A stretch of 64,000 nt of DNA. Source: a virus. A model generated the notes under the pieces. It did no database searches, had not been told where the DNA came from, and saw only the letters and a program-made list of their open reading frames with translations. The translations under genes were made by a program, and so were the position numbers. The DNA lies in IMG/VR virus record IMGVR_UViG_3300038441_000458, positions 4,199-68,198 of that record; one strand, 5' to 3'. Shown here piece by piece: positions 44,697-54,875 of this stretch (the first letter of the stretch is position 1; each line of letters begins with the position of its first letter).

Positions 44697-46022
44697 ATGG
44701 GCGAAACCTACCAAATGACAGCACGGCCGCTGGAGCGGGTGAAGTTCGACCCGAACGCCGCACTCGACCGGGATGCCTTGTTGACATTGGCCCGCGAGCG
44801 GGCAGCGGATGAAACCGTTTTCGAGACGCAGAACGCCGCGTTCTGGCGCGTGGCCGCGAGCAATAACATGCTCGACTTCTACTACACGATCATGGACCAG
44901 AGCACCCTGAAGAACTTCGCCGCAGACCTGAACGACGGCGTGAGTTACCAGGACTCGCACGACGCCAGGAAGAATGGCTGGGGGCAGAGCATTCGCGGCG
45001 TGGTGGCAACACACGACGGCGCGACCGTGCCGGAGACCGGCGAGAAGTTGCTGTCGGTGGAGGGCACGTTCTTCACCCTCGAAGACCAGCAACTCGGCGC
45101 ACAGAACACGACCGCATTCCTGAACATGATCCGCGCAGGCGTCTGGAAGGACGTGTCCGTTGGCTTCTACGCCAGCGACTTCCGCTGCTCGATCTGCGGT
45201 CAGCAGAGTTTTGAGTGGTGGAAGGAAGACGGGTGTATGCACATCCCCGGATTCACCTACACCGCAGAGGAGACAGGCGGGAAGGCGACCGTTGCGTTCG
45301 CGAAGATTCACGACGGGCGGCTGTTGGAAGTCAGCCAGGTGTACGACGGCGCGACGCCAGGAGCGAGCGTGCTGAAGGCAACCCAACTGAGTGACAACGG
45401 GCGGCTGAAGGACGTGGAGCGCGCGGCAATCGAGCGACGCTACAACATTCGGCTGGCCGACCGCCAGCAGACATTTTCGATCCCGGAACTCACCAGGGCG
45501 GCGAGTGTCGCACCGGAGCCGGACACGACCAGGAGTGAAGATATGGGCATACTGGACGGCGTGACACCAGAGGACTACGAGCGGTTGACCGCACGCAGCG
45601 CGATGCTGGACACGATCACATCGTTGTTCGGCGAGACCGCAGCAGCCGACCCGGTAGCAACGATCCGCACGACCCTTACCGACCTCGAGACCGCGAAGGC
45701 GGAAGTCGAGCGCCTGACCCCGCTGGCCGCAACCGGCGAGCGCTACCGCGAGGACCTGATCGAGGAGACGCTGAAGTCCGGCGTCCGGGCAGAGTCCGAT
45801 GCATTCAAGACAGACCGCTACAAGGCGATGCTGGAACGGCTGGACGTGGACGACATTCGGCTGATGAAGGAGGACCTGGACCGGCGAGGAGACGAACGCC
45901 TGAAGGGTTCCGGCACAACAGTCGGTGGCCGTCGCACCAGCGATACGGCAGAGCCCGAAGGTCCGAAGACCGAAGGCGACCAGAAGCGACGCCGTAGGGG
46001 AACCAATTCGTTCAAGGCGTAG
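44697..46022 (+). CDS. Prohead protease with scaffold-like C-terminus
   Basis: DSH, DVSVGF, CSICG..GCMHIPG, EVSQVYDGATPGA; coiled-coil tail. Confidence 0.8.
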   Translation: MGETYQMTARPLERVKFDPNAALDRDALLTLARERAADETVFETQNAAFWRVAASNNMLDFYYTIMDQSTLKNFAADLNDGVSYQDSHDARKNGWGQSIRGVVATHDGATVPETGEKLLSVEGTFFTLEDQQLGAQNTTAFLNMIRAGVWKDVSVGFYASDFRCSICGQQSFEWWKEDGCMHIPGFTYTAEETGGKATVAFAKIHDGRLLEVSQVYDGATPGASVLKATQLSDNGRLKDVERAAIERRYNIRLADRQQTFSIPELTRAASVAPEPDTTRSEDMGILDGVTPEDYERLTARSAMLDTITSLFGETAAADPVATIRTTLTDLETAKAEVERLTPLAATGERYREDLIEETLKSGVRAESDAFKTDRYKAMLERLDVDDIRLMKEDLDRRGDERLKGSGTTVGGRRTSDTAEPEGPKTEGDQKRRRRGTNSFKA

Positions 46023-46066
46023 AGTCGGGAACCAGGAAGCGCAGAGCCGCAGAGGAGTAGAGGCAC

Positions 46067-46447
46067 ATGGCAAATCCACGAATGATCCAGAAGTTCGATG
46101 AGATTGCTGCTCACCGGACAACGTTTGAAGCAGACGGTACGTCGCTGGTGTTCGACCGCAACCAGCCGTTCGGCACCGCACACCGCCACAAGCCCGTAAA
46201 GGTGACGGCGAACGGCACGGTCGGTTTGGCCGGCAACGATGAGAAGGTCTTCGGTTCGCTCGATCACATCGAGCCGGACGGGAGCGTCGTCGTGGTCGAT
46301 GGTGGCTACGTTCGCTTCAGCGGCGCAGGCACCGTGAACCTCGGCGTGGTCGGCAACACCGGCAACATCGTGAAGGCGGCGAGCACCGGCGCGAGCACCG
46401 GCGCAGTGGTCTACGTCGGCTCCGGCTACGTGATCGCGAAGATTTAG
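46067..46447 (+). CDS. Head decoration/cement protein
   Basis: Small Gly/Val-rich protein between protease and capsid. Confidence 0.65.
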   Translation: MANPRMIQKFDEIAAHRTTFEADGTSLVFDRNQPFGTAHRHKPVKVTANGTVGLAGNDEKVFGSLDHIEPDGSVVVVDGGYVRFSGAGTVNLGVVGNTGNIVKAASTGASTGAVVYVGSGYVIAKI

Positions 46448-46486
46448 CACACTTAGGCGGCGACCAGGCCGAACGGAGGACCGAAC

Positions 46487-47734
46487 ATGGCAGAGCTCAC
46501 AGGATTCCGACCGCGCGTCAAGGACCTGAACGAACAGATCAATTGGCGCATGATGGAGAAGGCGTACAACGACGGCATGTCGCTGGAGCGTTTTCTCGAA
46601 TTGGAAGACCCAACGTCCGACTGGTCGGCAGATGACGACGAAGGCAAGCTGACCGCATTCGAGCGGCAGTTGGCGTTCATGAACATCGCGACCAATGACG
46701 ACCCGGAGAGCGGCGCGTACGCCGATCAGTTCCGCGCATTCGAGGACCACGGCGAAGCAGGACGCGTCCTGCAAGCAGAGTGGATGGCCCATCACTACCG
46801 GAAGGTGAGCCAGTCCACCCGCAAGGGCGGAGGACGCTCGATCCTCACCAGCGACTGGGGCACCCTCGGGAGCGCGCTGCGACCGTACGTTGAGGCGGCA
46901 CAGCTTCGCACAGAGGAGATTGTCCCCGCGATCCCGCTGAACGAACTTGTCGCGTTCACGACACCGATTGATAGCAACGCCTACCGCGCGCTGTACCTGA
47001 ACGACACGACCGCAGACAACTACCGCATGGTGCGCGTTGGTGAAGCGGCTGAGATTCCGGGCAGCACGTTGACCGCAGGCGAGCGACCGGTTGACCTGTA
47101 CAAGTACGGTCGTCGGTTGGACGTCTCCTACGAGATTCTTCGCCGGGCACCGATCCCCGTCGTGGCGTTCTTCATCGCCAGGCTGGCGGTCCAGGCGGAA
47201 GTCGATAAGGTATCGACCGTGATCGACGTGCTGGTCAACGGCGACGGCAACGCGGGCACCGCAGCCACCGTCGTCCCGCTGATCGAACTCGACCCGGCCG
47301 CGACCGTGGCGAACGTGCTGACCCTGAAGGCGTGGCTTGCGTTCAAGCTGAAGTTCCGCAACCCGTACACGCTCACCACCGAGTTGGTGCGCGAGGACGT
47401 GCTGTTGCAGCAGATGTTGCTGAACACCGGAAGCGCCAACGTCCCATTGCTGATGATCCAGGGAACCGGCTTCGGCGGGTTCACGCCGATCAACCCGGCA
47501 CTGGCCGACAACGTGCGCTACGGCATCAGCGACGAAGCGCCAGCCAACAAGATTCTTGCCTTCGACCGCCAGTTCGCCATTGAGCGCGTGACCGAAATCG
47601 GCGCGAACATCAATGAGACGCAGCGGTGGATCAAGAACCAGACCGAAATCATGACCTTCACCGAAGTCGAAGGCTACGCCGTGATCGATTCCAAGGCGGC
47701 GAAGATTCTCGACCTCACGGACGTTACCCCGTAA
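46487..47734 (+). CDS. Major capsid protein (HK97 fold)
   Basis: RVGEAAEIP, KYGRRLDVSYE, LVNGDGN; size and position. Confidence 0.9.
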   Translation: MAELTGFRPRVKDLNEQINWRMMEKAYNDGMSLERFLELEDPTSDWSADDDEGKLTAFERQLAFMNIATNDDPESGAYADQFRAFEDHGEAGRVLQAEWMAHHYRKVSQSTRKGGGRSILTSDWGTLGSALRPYVEAAQLRTEEIVPAIPLNELVAFTTPIDSNAYRALYLNDTTADNYRMVRVGEAAEIPGSTLTAGERPVDLYKYGRRLDVSYEILRRAPIPVVAFFIARLAVQAEVDKVSTVIDVLVNGDGNAGTAATVVPLIELDPAATVANVLTLKAWLAFKLKFRNPYTLTTELVREDVLLQQMLLNTGSANVPLLMIQGTGFGGFTPINPALADNVRYGISDEAPANKILAFDRQFAIERVTEIGANINETQRWIKNQTEIMTFTEVEGYAVIDSKAAKILDLTDVTP

Positions 47735-47822
47735 CAACCAGCCAGGGGATAAGGGATAGGGAAGGAGAGAGGCGTAGGCAATAGCGCCTATGCCTCTCTC
47801 CATTCACAGAAGGAGCAGCACC

Positions 47823-48284
47823 ATGAGCGAGGCACAGAAGACACCGGACCAGATGAACCGCGAGGAGTTGAACGCCTACGCAGACGGGCTCGGCATTGCG
47901 TCGGCTGACTACAGCCGCAAGGAAGACCTCCTCAACGCGGTGATGGAGCAGGAGGACCTTGCGCCAGGCGCAGACCAGGACCTGCCGAACGATCCAGCCG
48001 ACCCGGCACCGGACGCAGGCGCACCAGACCAGGACCCGTCTGCAAACGTCGTGGTGGCGAACGACAGCGCACCGATGGACCCCGAAGGCGACACCGATTC
48101 CGGGCGATCCTACATCACGGTCAAGAGCGCGAAGGAAGACGGCCGCACCGCATTCTGGGAGCGCAGCGAGGAGCAGCCGAACGGCGAAGTCTTCGTGTCC
48201 GGGAACGGGCGACCAGTGAAGGTTGCGGCGACGAATGCCGTGTACGCGGCGATCACCAGCGGGCGGCTGGTAGAGGCGAAGTAG
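47823..48284 (+). CDS. Head-associated protein with Rho-N/HeH-like motif
   Basis: MNREELNAYADGLGI...RKEDLLNAV; follows the capsid gene. Confidence 0.6.
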   Translation: MSEAQKTPDQMNREELNAYADGLGIASADYSRKEDLLNAVMEQEDLAPGADQDLPNDPADPAPDAGAPDQDPSANVVVANDSAPMDPEGDTDSGRSYITVKSAKEDGRTAFWERSEEQPNGEVFVSGNGRPVKVAATNAVYAAITSGRLVEAK

Positions 48285-48285
48285 C

Positions 48286-48714
48286 ATGGTGACGATCCTC
48301 GACGAAGGCGTGATGGACAGCGCGAGACTCCTGCTCGGGGTAACAGCAGAGCAGGTGCCGAACAGCGTCCTCGAGAATCCATTGATCGGAGGAGCCGCAG
48401 AGGCAAGCATCCGCGCATACGTCGAGCCGCCAACGTTCGAGGATCGTCCACCCGCTGAGCAGGCAATGATGGAGAACGCGGTTGCCTACCAGACGGCCGC
48501 GAACTACCTTGCGACGCAGCGCGGGAGCATGTCGTACACCAGCGAGCAGTTCAGCCAGCAGTACCGGTACACCAGGGAGTCGGTGAACACGGACGGCTGG
48601 ATTGCGGAACTGACCAGGAAGGCGTACGAGGCGATAGCCGGGCTGATCGTGCCACCACCAGCACCCGTCACAACCGGATTCTTCATGCTGGCGAGCGGGC
48701 GACGCGGGGAGTAA
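48286..48714 (+). CDS. Head-tail adaptor
   Basis: Size and position. Confidence 0.55.
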   Translation: MVTILDEGVMDSARLLLGVTAEQVPNSVLENPLIGGAAEASIRAYVEPPTFEDRPPAEQAMMENAVAYQTAANYLATQRGSMSYTSEQFSQQYRYTRESVNTDGWIAELTRKAYEAIAGLIVPPPAPVTTGFFMLASGRRGE

Positions 48715-48720
48715 GCAGAC

Positions 48721-49176
48721 ATGGCAGCGGTCACAATGGAGTGGTTCACCAGTGGACCAGCGAACATCGTTGGAGGCGAGACCGGAGGCGAGGCGCATAC
48801 GCTCGACTGGATCACGGACACCGTGAAGGTTGCGCTGCTGAACGCCTTGCCGAACAAGGATACTGCTGAGTTTTGGAGCGACATTTCCAGCACGGAAGTG
48901 ACCGGCACCGGATGGGCAGCCGGAGGCGTGGCCCTCACGTCGAAGGCGATCCTGCGAGACAACGCGTCGAACCGCATCGGGCTCGACGCGGCAGACGTGT
49001 CCGTGCCGACCGTGACGGTGACAGGCGTGACACACATCGCCGTCTACAAGGACACCGGCACCGCAGCGACCAGCGCGCTCCTCGGGTTCGGCACGCTGGA
49101 CGTGACCAGCGGGAGCAGCGGTGGCACGTTGAGCATCCCCTGGAACACGCTCGGCATCCTCACCTTCACCTCATAG
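48721..49176 (+). CDS. Virion structural protein
   Basis: DTVKVALL...GTGWAAGG..L...DAADV...YKDTG. Confidence 0.65.
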   Translation: MAAVTMEWFTSGPANIVGGETGGEAHTLDWITDTVKVALLNALPNKDTAEFWSDISSTEVTGTGWAAGGVALTSKAILRDNASNRIGLDAADVSVPTVTVTGVTHIAVYKDTGTAATSALLGFGTLDVTSGSSGGTLSIPWNTLGILTFTS

Positions 49177-49191
49177 AGCCGGAGGCGACCA

Positions 49192-50568
49192 ATGGCTATA
49201 GCGGTCGTTGGCACGCCATACAAGGCGCAGAACGCCAGCGCAGACCCGCAGGTATTCAGCGGCATCCCAGCCACCACCGCAGGCAATGCGCTGGTGGCTG
49301 CGTTTTCGATGCGCATCGGCGCGAGCGGTAGCGTCGCCTCCGTCACGGACAGCGCAGGAAACACGTGGGTCCACCAGACCGCAGGATTCGTCAGCGGTTC
49401 CAACAATCGCGCCGAAATATGGACGTGCGCGAACGCGGCGAGCATCACCAGCCTGACCGCAGACCTGACCGGAGCCTACGCCGTCTCGCTCATCCTCTAC
49501 GAAATCAGCGGAGCCGACCCGGCCGCGTTGGTGGACACGAAGACCACAACCGGAGCGACCAGCAGCGACGCAGTGAGCGACACCGCGTGGGGCATCGGCA
49601 CGCTTACGCCAACCGCAGGCGGCAACTACGTCCTGATCCACGTCGTCTCGACCTCCAACACGCTCAGCGTCACCACCTGGACACCGCCAGCCGGATACAG
49701 CACCGGAGGACACACCAGCGGCACGGCAACCTTGCAGATGCAGGGCAGCGTCTACCAGGCGGTGACGGCCGCGAGCGGTTCCTACGGTGGGAGCGTGACG
49801 ACGAATCGCGCGACCACGAACGGCTACGCGGCGGTGGCGATCACGGAGTTGGCAGGCGGCGCGACCGGGCTCACGATCACCGCGAGCAACGCAGGCGACA
49901 CCACCACCGCAGGCCAGGCGGCGACCTTCACCGGAGGACTGACGGCGAGCGCGAGCAACGCAGGAAACACCGTTGCAGCCGGACAACCCGCGACCTTCAC
50001 CACCACCAGTGGATTGACGATCACCGCGAGCAACGCAGGCAACACGACCGCGAGCGGCCAGGCGGCAACGCTCCGAGGCGGGTTCACGGCCGTTGCAGGA
50101 GGCGCAGGCAACACCACAGCCGCAGGACAACCCGCAACGCTGCGCGGAGGATTCACGGCCGCAGCCGGGAACGCAGGGAACGTCACCGCAGCCGGTCAGC
50201 CAGCGACGCTCCGAGGAGGATTCACGGCGACCGCGACCGCAGGCAACGCGACCGCGAGCGGTTGGCCCGCGACCTTCACCAGCGGCGAATTGATCCCCGT
50301 CGTTCCGGTCAAGAGCGCGACCAGGATCAGGCGACCGCAGCCGACCGCGACCAGGACGCAGCGAGCCCTGCCAACGGCGACCAGGACACCACGCGAGACA
50401 CCGGTAGCCCTCACCCGCGTCCAATGGGACAGAGGTGCCCAGGCAACGCGCGTTGCCCGCGAACACCCGATTACACTGGAACGCATCGAGCGACCAGGAC
50501 CAGTAGCGGCGACCAGGATCGAGCGCGAACCACCCGTCGCCCTCACCAGGACACTGAAGGAGGACTAG
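49192..50568 (+). CDS. Ala/Thr/Gly-rich virion protein with internal repeats
   Basis: Six TASNAGNTTAAGQPATF-like repeats, Arg-rich repeated tail. Confidence 0.7.
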   Translation: MAIAVVGTPYKAQNASADPQVFSGIPATTAGNALVAAFSMRIGASGSVASVTDSAGNTWVHQTAGFVSGSNNRAEIWTCANAASITSLTADLTGAYAVSLILYEISGADPAALVDTKTTTGATSSDAVSDTAWGIGTLTPTAGGNYVLIHVVSTSNTLSVTTWTPPAGYSTGGHTSGTATLQMQGSVYQAVTAASGSYGGSVTTNRATTNGYAAVAITELAGGATGLTITASNAGDTTTAGQAATFTGGLTASASNAGNTVAAGQPATFTTTSGLTITASNAGNTTASGQAATLRGGFTAVAGGAGNTTAAGQPATLRGGFTAAAGNAGNVTAAGQPATLRGGFTATATAGNATASGWPATFTSGELIPVVPVKSATRIRRPQPTATRTQRALPTATRTPRETPVALTRVQWDRGAQATRVAREHPITLERIERPGPVAATRIEREPPVALTRTLKED

Positions 50569-50569
50569 C

Positions 50570-50974
50570 ATGGCAGAAGTGATACGCGGCGACACGACGA
50601 TGTGGGACATTGCGATTGTGGGCGCAGACGACTTGCCACTGAACCTAACCGGGTGCTCGGTGTGGGTCACGGTGAAGACCAGCGCAGACCAGCCAGACAG
50701 CGAGGCGTTGTACCAGCACACGTTGACGGTCAGCGGCGCAGGAGCGACCACACACACGGACGGGCTCTCGGTTGGCACCGGAGGCGTGACCGCAGGGATC
50801 GTGGTCGAGGAGTTGACACCAGCAGAGAGCGCGCTGTTCGCCACCGGCGACTACGTGTACGACATTCAGGTGATGCTGGCGAACGGCCGCATCTACACAC
50901 CGGTTCTCGGCGGCGAGGAGACCGTTGTAGCCGACCTGACCAGGGACATAACGAAACCTGAGGTGATCCCATGA
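50570..50974 (+). CDS. BppU-N-like structural protein
   Basis: IRGDT...PLNLTG...GDYVYDIQV. Confidence 0.6.
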   Translation: MAEVIRGDTTMWDIAIVGADDLPLNLTGCSVWVTVKTSADQPDSEALYQHTLTVSGAGATTHTDGLSVGTGGVTAGIVVEELTPAESALFATGDYVYDIQVMLANGRIYTPVLGGEETVVADLTRDITKPEVIP

Positions 50975-51204
50975 TCCGCATCGCGAAGATGACCGGCCGC
51001 AGGACCACCCTTCAGGCGACCCGCGAGGAGTGGGAGGAGACGCTGAAGACCATGAAGCGGAAGGGCAGCACGGAGGACCGGCAACGCGCGATACGCCAGG
51101 ACGATGCGATAGCGAAGGCGATTGCAGGCGCGAACCGCGTGATCCGGGTGACGCTCACGGCAGAGGACGCGAAGAACCTCCTCGACCAGCACGAAGGGCA
51201 GTGA
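50971..51204 (+). CDS. Hypothetical protein
   Basis: GAGGTG RBS, coupled ORF. Confidence 0.55.
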   Translation: MIRIAKMTGRRTTLQATREEWEETLKTMKRKGSTEDRQRAIRQDDAIAKAIAGANRVIRVTLTAEDAKNLLDQHEGQ

Positions 51205-51206
51205 CC

Positions 51207-51863
51207 ATGTGGACAGGGACGATAGCAACCGCGAGGAGCCGGGCGACCGCGTTCCTTGCGGCGACCGCGAGCGTGGAGCGGAAGGTTGACGATCTGTGGG
51301 TCGAAGTGGCCGCAGCGTTGCCGTGTGCCGTCGAGAACCAGAACGCAGGGAGCAACCTGCCAGGCGAGCCCATCAATCGCCAGATCACGGAGACGTTGGC
51401 GTGGAAGGTGAGCTTCGCCTACGGCGCAGACGTGCGCACCGGCGACCGGATTCAGGTGGCAGGCGGAGACGGCGAGCAGGCGTTCCCGGTCATGATCGTC
51501 GGGAAGCAGATTGCCGAGAGCATGGCCGTGTTGGCGCAGGTGATCGCGACAGCAGAGGACAGCGCTGTGGAGCGGTACACCATCACGTTGGAGCGATGGA
51601 ACGATGCGACAGAGAGCAACGACGTTTCCGGTCCGTACACGATTCAGGCCGTTCTTCAGTGGGGAAGCAACAGCACCACAGTCGAGGAGAACGGAGGCGA
51701 AGCGGCGATACGCACTGGCACGATGTTCTTTGGCACCACGGAAGACGTGCAGGCGGGCGACTGGATCATGGGATTGCCGTGGGGATACGGGCGGGTGACG
51801 GCCGTGTTCCAGCCAGTCGGGAGCAGGCGAGACGTGCAGTTCCGCCTGACGACGGGAGCGTAG
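51207..51863 (+). CDS. Head closure protein (possibly two tandem domains)
   Basis: DVRTGDRI and DVQAGDWI motifs; position. Confidence 0.55.
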   Translation: MWTGTIATARSRATAFLAATASVERKVDDLWVEVAAALPCAVENQNAGSNLPGEPINRQITETLAWKVSFAYGADVRTGDRIQVAGGDGEQAFPVMIVGKQIAESMAVLAQVIATAEDSAVERYTITLERWNDATESNDVSGPYTIQAVLQWGSNSTTVEENGGEAAIRTGTMFFGTTEDVQAGDWIMGLPWGYGRVTAVFQPVGSRRDVQFRLTTGA

Positions 51864-51864
51864 C

Positions 51865-52281
51865 ATGGCACGGCGACAGACCACCGGGCACGCCAGGACC
51901 ACCGGCAAGGGATTCACCGCGAGCGGCATGGGCATGAGCCTGAAGTGGCGGGTGAGCCCGACCACCATGGCGTCGTCCTACGCAGGGTGGTGGCAGTACA
52001 CCAGGCTGCGACTCTCGACCGCGTTGCGCCAGGTGGGCGACCAGGCGGTGGTGTTCATGCGCATGGCCCATCCGTGGACGAACCGCACCGGCGACGCCGA
52101 AGCGGGATTGCGGGCGGAGGTGAGCGACAACGGCAACACCCTCACGCTGGTCCTGTCGCACAGCGTGTACTACGGCGTGTACCTCGAAAACCGATGGGGC
52201 GGGAAGTGGGGCGTGTTGCCAATGACCGTCGAGCGGTTTGCCAACCAGGCAATGACGGCGATGCAAGGAGTGTTGACCTGA
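51865..52281 (+). CDS. Tail completion protein (HK97 gp10-like)
   Basis: PWTNRTGDA...HSVYYGVYLE. Confidence 0.7.
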   Translation: MARRQTTGHARTTGKGFTASGMGMSLKWRVSPTTMASSYAGWWQYTRLRLSTALRQVGDQAVVFMRMAHPWTNRTGDAEAGLRAEVSDNGNTLTLVLSHSVYYGVYLENRWGGKWGVLPMTVERFANQAMTAMQGVLT

Positions 52282-52751
52282 TGGGCACGGATATTCTGAC
52301 AGGAATCAAGAACCTGATCGAGGCGAGACCGGAGGCAATGGCACTGTTGCCAGGACTGGTCTGGACACGGTCGATCAAGCCGAATGCGCCAGGCGAGACG
52401 AACACGCCAGGCGCGACACCGGAGGCGTTCCTGAACGGACGCATCCAGGTGTGCGCCAGCATCCAGCCATCGGCAGGATCGCAGGCGCAATTGGCCGGTC
52501 CGAAGAATGCCTACTGGATCACCCCGGAGATTGTGGTGCGGTGTATGCCGCACGCGAGCGAGAAGCTGAAGGCGGAGTACGCCTGCATCGAGATTATGAA
52601 GGCGCTCGACGATCAGGTGATTACCGGGCTCAGCGGCGAAGGATTGTGCCTCTCGCTGGCGGGACACATCGGCCCGTTTGACGACCCGATTATTGAGCCA
52701 GCGGTGCTATACATGGTGAGAGTCCAGGTTGATAGCATTTGGAAAACGTAG
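52281..52751 (+). CDS. Tail terminator-like protein
   Basis: Size and position. Confidence 0.55.
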   Translation: MGTDILTGIKNLIEARPEAMALLPGLVWTRSIKPNAPGETNTPGATPEAFLNGRIQVCASIQPSAGSQAQLAGPKNAYWITPEIVVRCMPHASEKLKAEYACIEIMKALDDQVITGLSGEGLCLSLAGHIGPFDDPIIEPAVLYMVRVQVDSIWKT

Positions 52752-52769
52752 CCACAGAGGAGGACCAGC

Positions 52770-52973
52770 ATGGCAAAGGACCTGACGAAGACCGAAGCGG
52801 ATAAGGTGCTTGCGGAGTTGAAGGAGACCGGCACGGTGCCAACCGGGTACGCCGTTGACTGGTTCGCCAACCCGGTCGTGTCCCGCGTCGAGACCATGGC
52901 CGTTGCGCCAGATGCCGAGCCACCGATGAACACCACCGTTGAGGTCAAGACCGATGAAGCGCCAGCCACTTGA
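52770..52973 (+). CDS. Hypothetical protein
   Basis: GAGGAGG RBS. Confidence 0.55.
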   Translation: MAKDLTKTEADKVLAELKETGTVPTGYAVDWFANPVVSRVETMAVAPDAEPPMNTTVEVKTDEAPAT

Positions 52974-53538
52974 ACCAGACCTTCCATCGTGGGCGAATAG
53001 CGGCAAGCCGTTGTTCGCAGAGCCGGACATGCCGGAGCCACCGAAGGGACACGTCTGGGTAGAGTGGGTTGGCGAGGTGAGCCCGCTCGACAACCCGGTT
53101 GTCGAGTACAAGCTGGTGACGAACCAGCTTGACGCCGAAACCGCAGACATACTCCGCTCGATTGCACAGCACCGGGTGGCGCGGGTCGAAGGATTCAGTT
53201 GGCGCTCACTGCACACCGGGAACGGGCTCGGGGAAATCAACCACCTGCAAGAGCCAATCATCGTGTGGGGACCCAACGGCAGAGCCAGGCCAGGCGAAAT
53301 CGGAAGCTATATCCAGGCGGTCAAGTTCGCCGACGCAGACAAGATCAAGAGCACGGAAGTTGCCCATCAATTCCGCATTTGGTGGGAGCGCGACGGACTA
53401 GCGGCGATGAACTTCTCGCTCCCCTCGCAGACCATCCTTCTTGGGAAGGAAGAACTGTTCGAGGACCTGACGAGTTTCAGGAGGGCGATGGGCTGGAACG
53501 TGAACCAGCAGCGCGCGAGCGGCGAGTTCATTCGGTAA
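52954..53538 (+). CDS. Hypothetical protein
   Basis: ORF in the tail module. Confidence 0.6.
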   Translation: MKRQPLEPDLPSWANSGKPLFAEPDMPEPPKGHVWVEWVGEVSPLDNPVVEYKLVTNQLDAETADILRSIAQHRVARVEGFSWRSLHTGNGLGEINHLQEPIIVWGPNGRARPGEIGSYIQAVKFADADKIKSTEVAHQFRIWWERDGLAAMNFSLPSQTILLGKEELFEDLTSFRRAMGWNVNQQRASGEFIR

Positions 53539-53625
53539 ACGAATGGTGAACCACGGCAGGCACGTAGCCTGTCGGATCACAGCAGAGACCAGACGGGCGC
53601 GTGATTCGCCCTAAGGAGCAGCACA

Positions 53626-54156
53626 ATGCCATACGGTGAGATTCCTCGCGGCCTAGCCGACCTGAAGGTGTACCCGATTACGGGCGTCTCCACGGTCGGC
53701 ACTTCTGTTGACGTGCCAGGCGCACGCAGCCTCGCGTTCAACATCGACAGCACCAGCGATGAACTGGAAGGCGACAACCAGATCATCGCGAAGGCACCAG
53801 GCTCCAAGTCCATGACCGGCTCGATGGAGTTCGGCCGCATCAACCTTGCGGCGCTGGCCGTGATCTTCGGCGGCACGGTGGGCACGACCGGCACGACCCC
53901 ATCCCAGATATCGTCCCTCGATCACGACTCCGCGACCACGTTCCGGTTCTTCCAGATCGTCGGGCAGGCACCCGATGCGGAGAGTTCCACCAGCGCCTAC
54001 CGCGTCACGATCTACAAGGCGAGCGCGACCGCAGGCCTCGACGAAACACTCGAGACCGGCGCATGGAACACGCCAGGCGTGAACTTCGACGGCATCGCCA
54101 TTGGCGGGAACCTGCTGAAGCGCCAGCAGTACGAGACGCAGATCGCTATCGTCTAA
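53626..54156 (+). CDS. Major tail tube protein
   Basis: GLADLKVYP...ELEGDN; TAAGGAG RBS; precedes chaperones and tape measure. Confidence 0.8.
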   Translation: MPYGEIPRGLADLKVYPITGVSTVGTSVDVPGARSLAFNIDSTSDELEGDNQIIAKAPGSKSMTGSMEFGRINLAALAVIFGGTVGTTGTTPSQISSLDHDSATTFRFFQIVGQAPDAESSTSAYRVTIYKASATAGLDETLETGAWNTPGVNFDGIAIGGNLLKRQQYETQIAIV

Positions 54157-54269
54157 GCCACTCAGTTGGCCCAGGACGCGCGAAACGTCGGCGCATGACC
54201 CAATACACCGCTGCGGAGCGAACGGCTCCGCAGCGGCCCCCTCAACGATCCACACAAAGGAACAATTCA

Positions 54270-54875
54270 ATGGCAACGCGAACTCCAACGAAGTTCACCC
54301 GCGAGGCGGCACAGCGGCGGCGCGTGAAGCAGGACGAAGGATTCGAGTTCATCCTGGAAAACACGCTCGACGAAGACGGCAACCCGTTCAGCGTCCGAGC
54401 CCGGATTCCCAGCCCGCACAACCCGGACGATCTGATGCGGGCACCAGCCGACCTGCAGCGGTACATCTTTGACGTGATGAGCAAGGCGGAGAAGGCTGGA
54501 CCGGAGGCGATGAACGCGCCAGGCATTGACCCGGACGACTTTGAAGCGAACATCGAGAAGATTAACGAAGCGGAAGACGCGATCCGGTTCTACATCGTCA
54601 TGGGATTCGTGGAACCGCGAGCGTACAGCACGGTCGAGGAGGCGGAGGAGCAGGGCGGCATCTGGTGGAAGGACGTTGAGTACTTCGACCGGGTAGCGTT
54701 CGTGGCGCACTGCACCAGCCAGACGAAGGCGGTGGCCGCTGCGGTGAAACCGTTTCGTGCAGGACAGGATGGAGTTGTACACAATCCACCTGCTGGCAAA
54801 GACGTATCCGGGGATGGGCGGTCCAAGCGAAATCGCCGGACTGCGACCGTTCTTGCGAACGAAGCACCTGCCTAA
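54270..54875 (+). CDS. Tail assembly chaperone (gpG-like)
   Basis: Position between tail tube and tape measure; AAAGGA RBS. Confidence 0.7.
   Translation: MATRTPTKFTREAAQRRRVKQDEGFEFILENTLDEDGNPFSVRARIPSPHNPDDLMRAPADLQRYIFDVMSKAEKAGPEAMNAPGIDPDDFEANIEKINEAEDAIRFYIVMGFVEPRAYSTVEEAEEQGGIWWKDVEYFDRVAFVAHCTSQTKAVAAAVKPFRAGQDGVVHNPPAGKDVSGDGRSKRNRRTATVLANEAPA

Noticed and set aside
43680-44718. ORFs across the tRNA cluster
   Set aside because: They overlap tRNAs and a terminator, and their composition is not coding-like.
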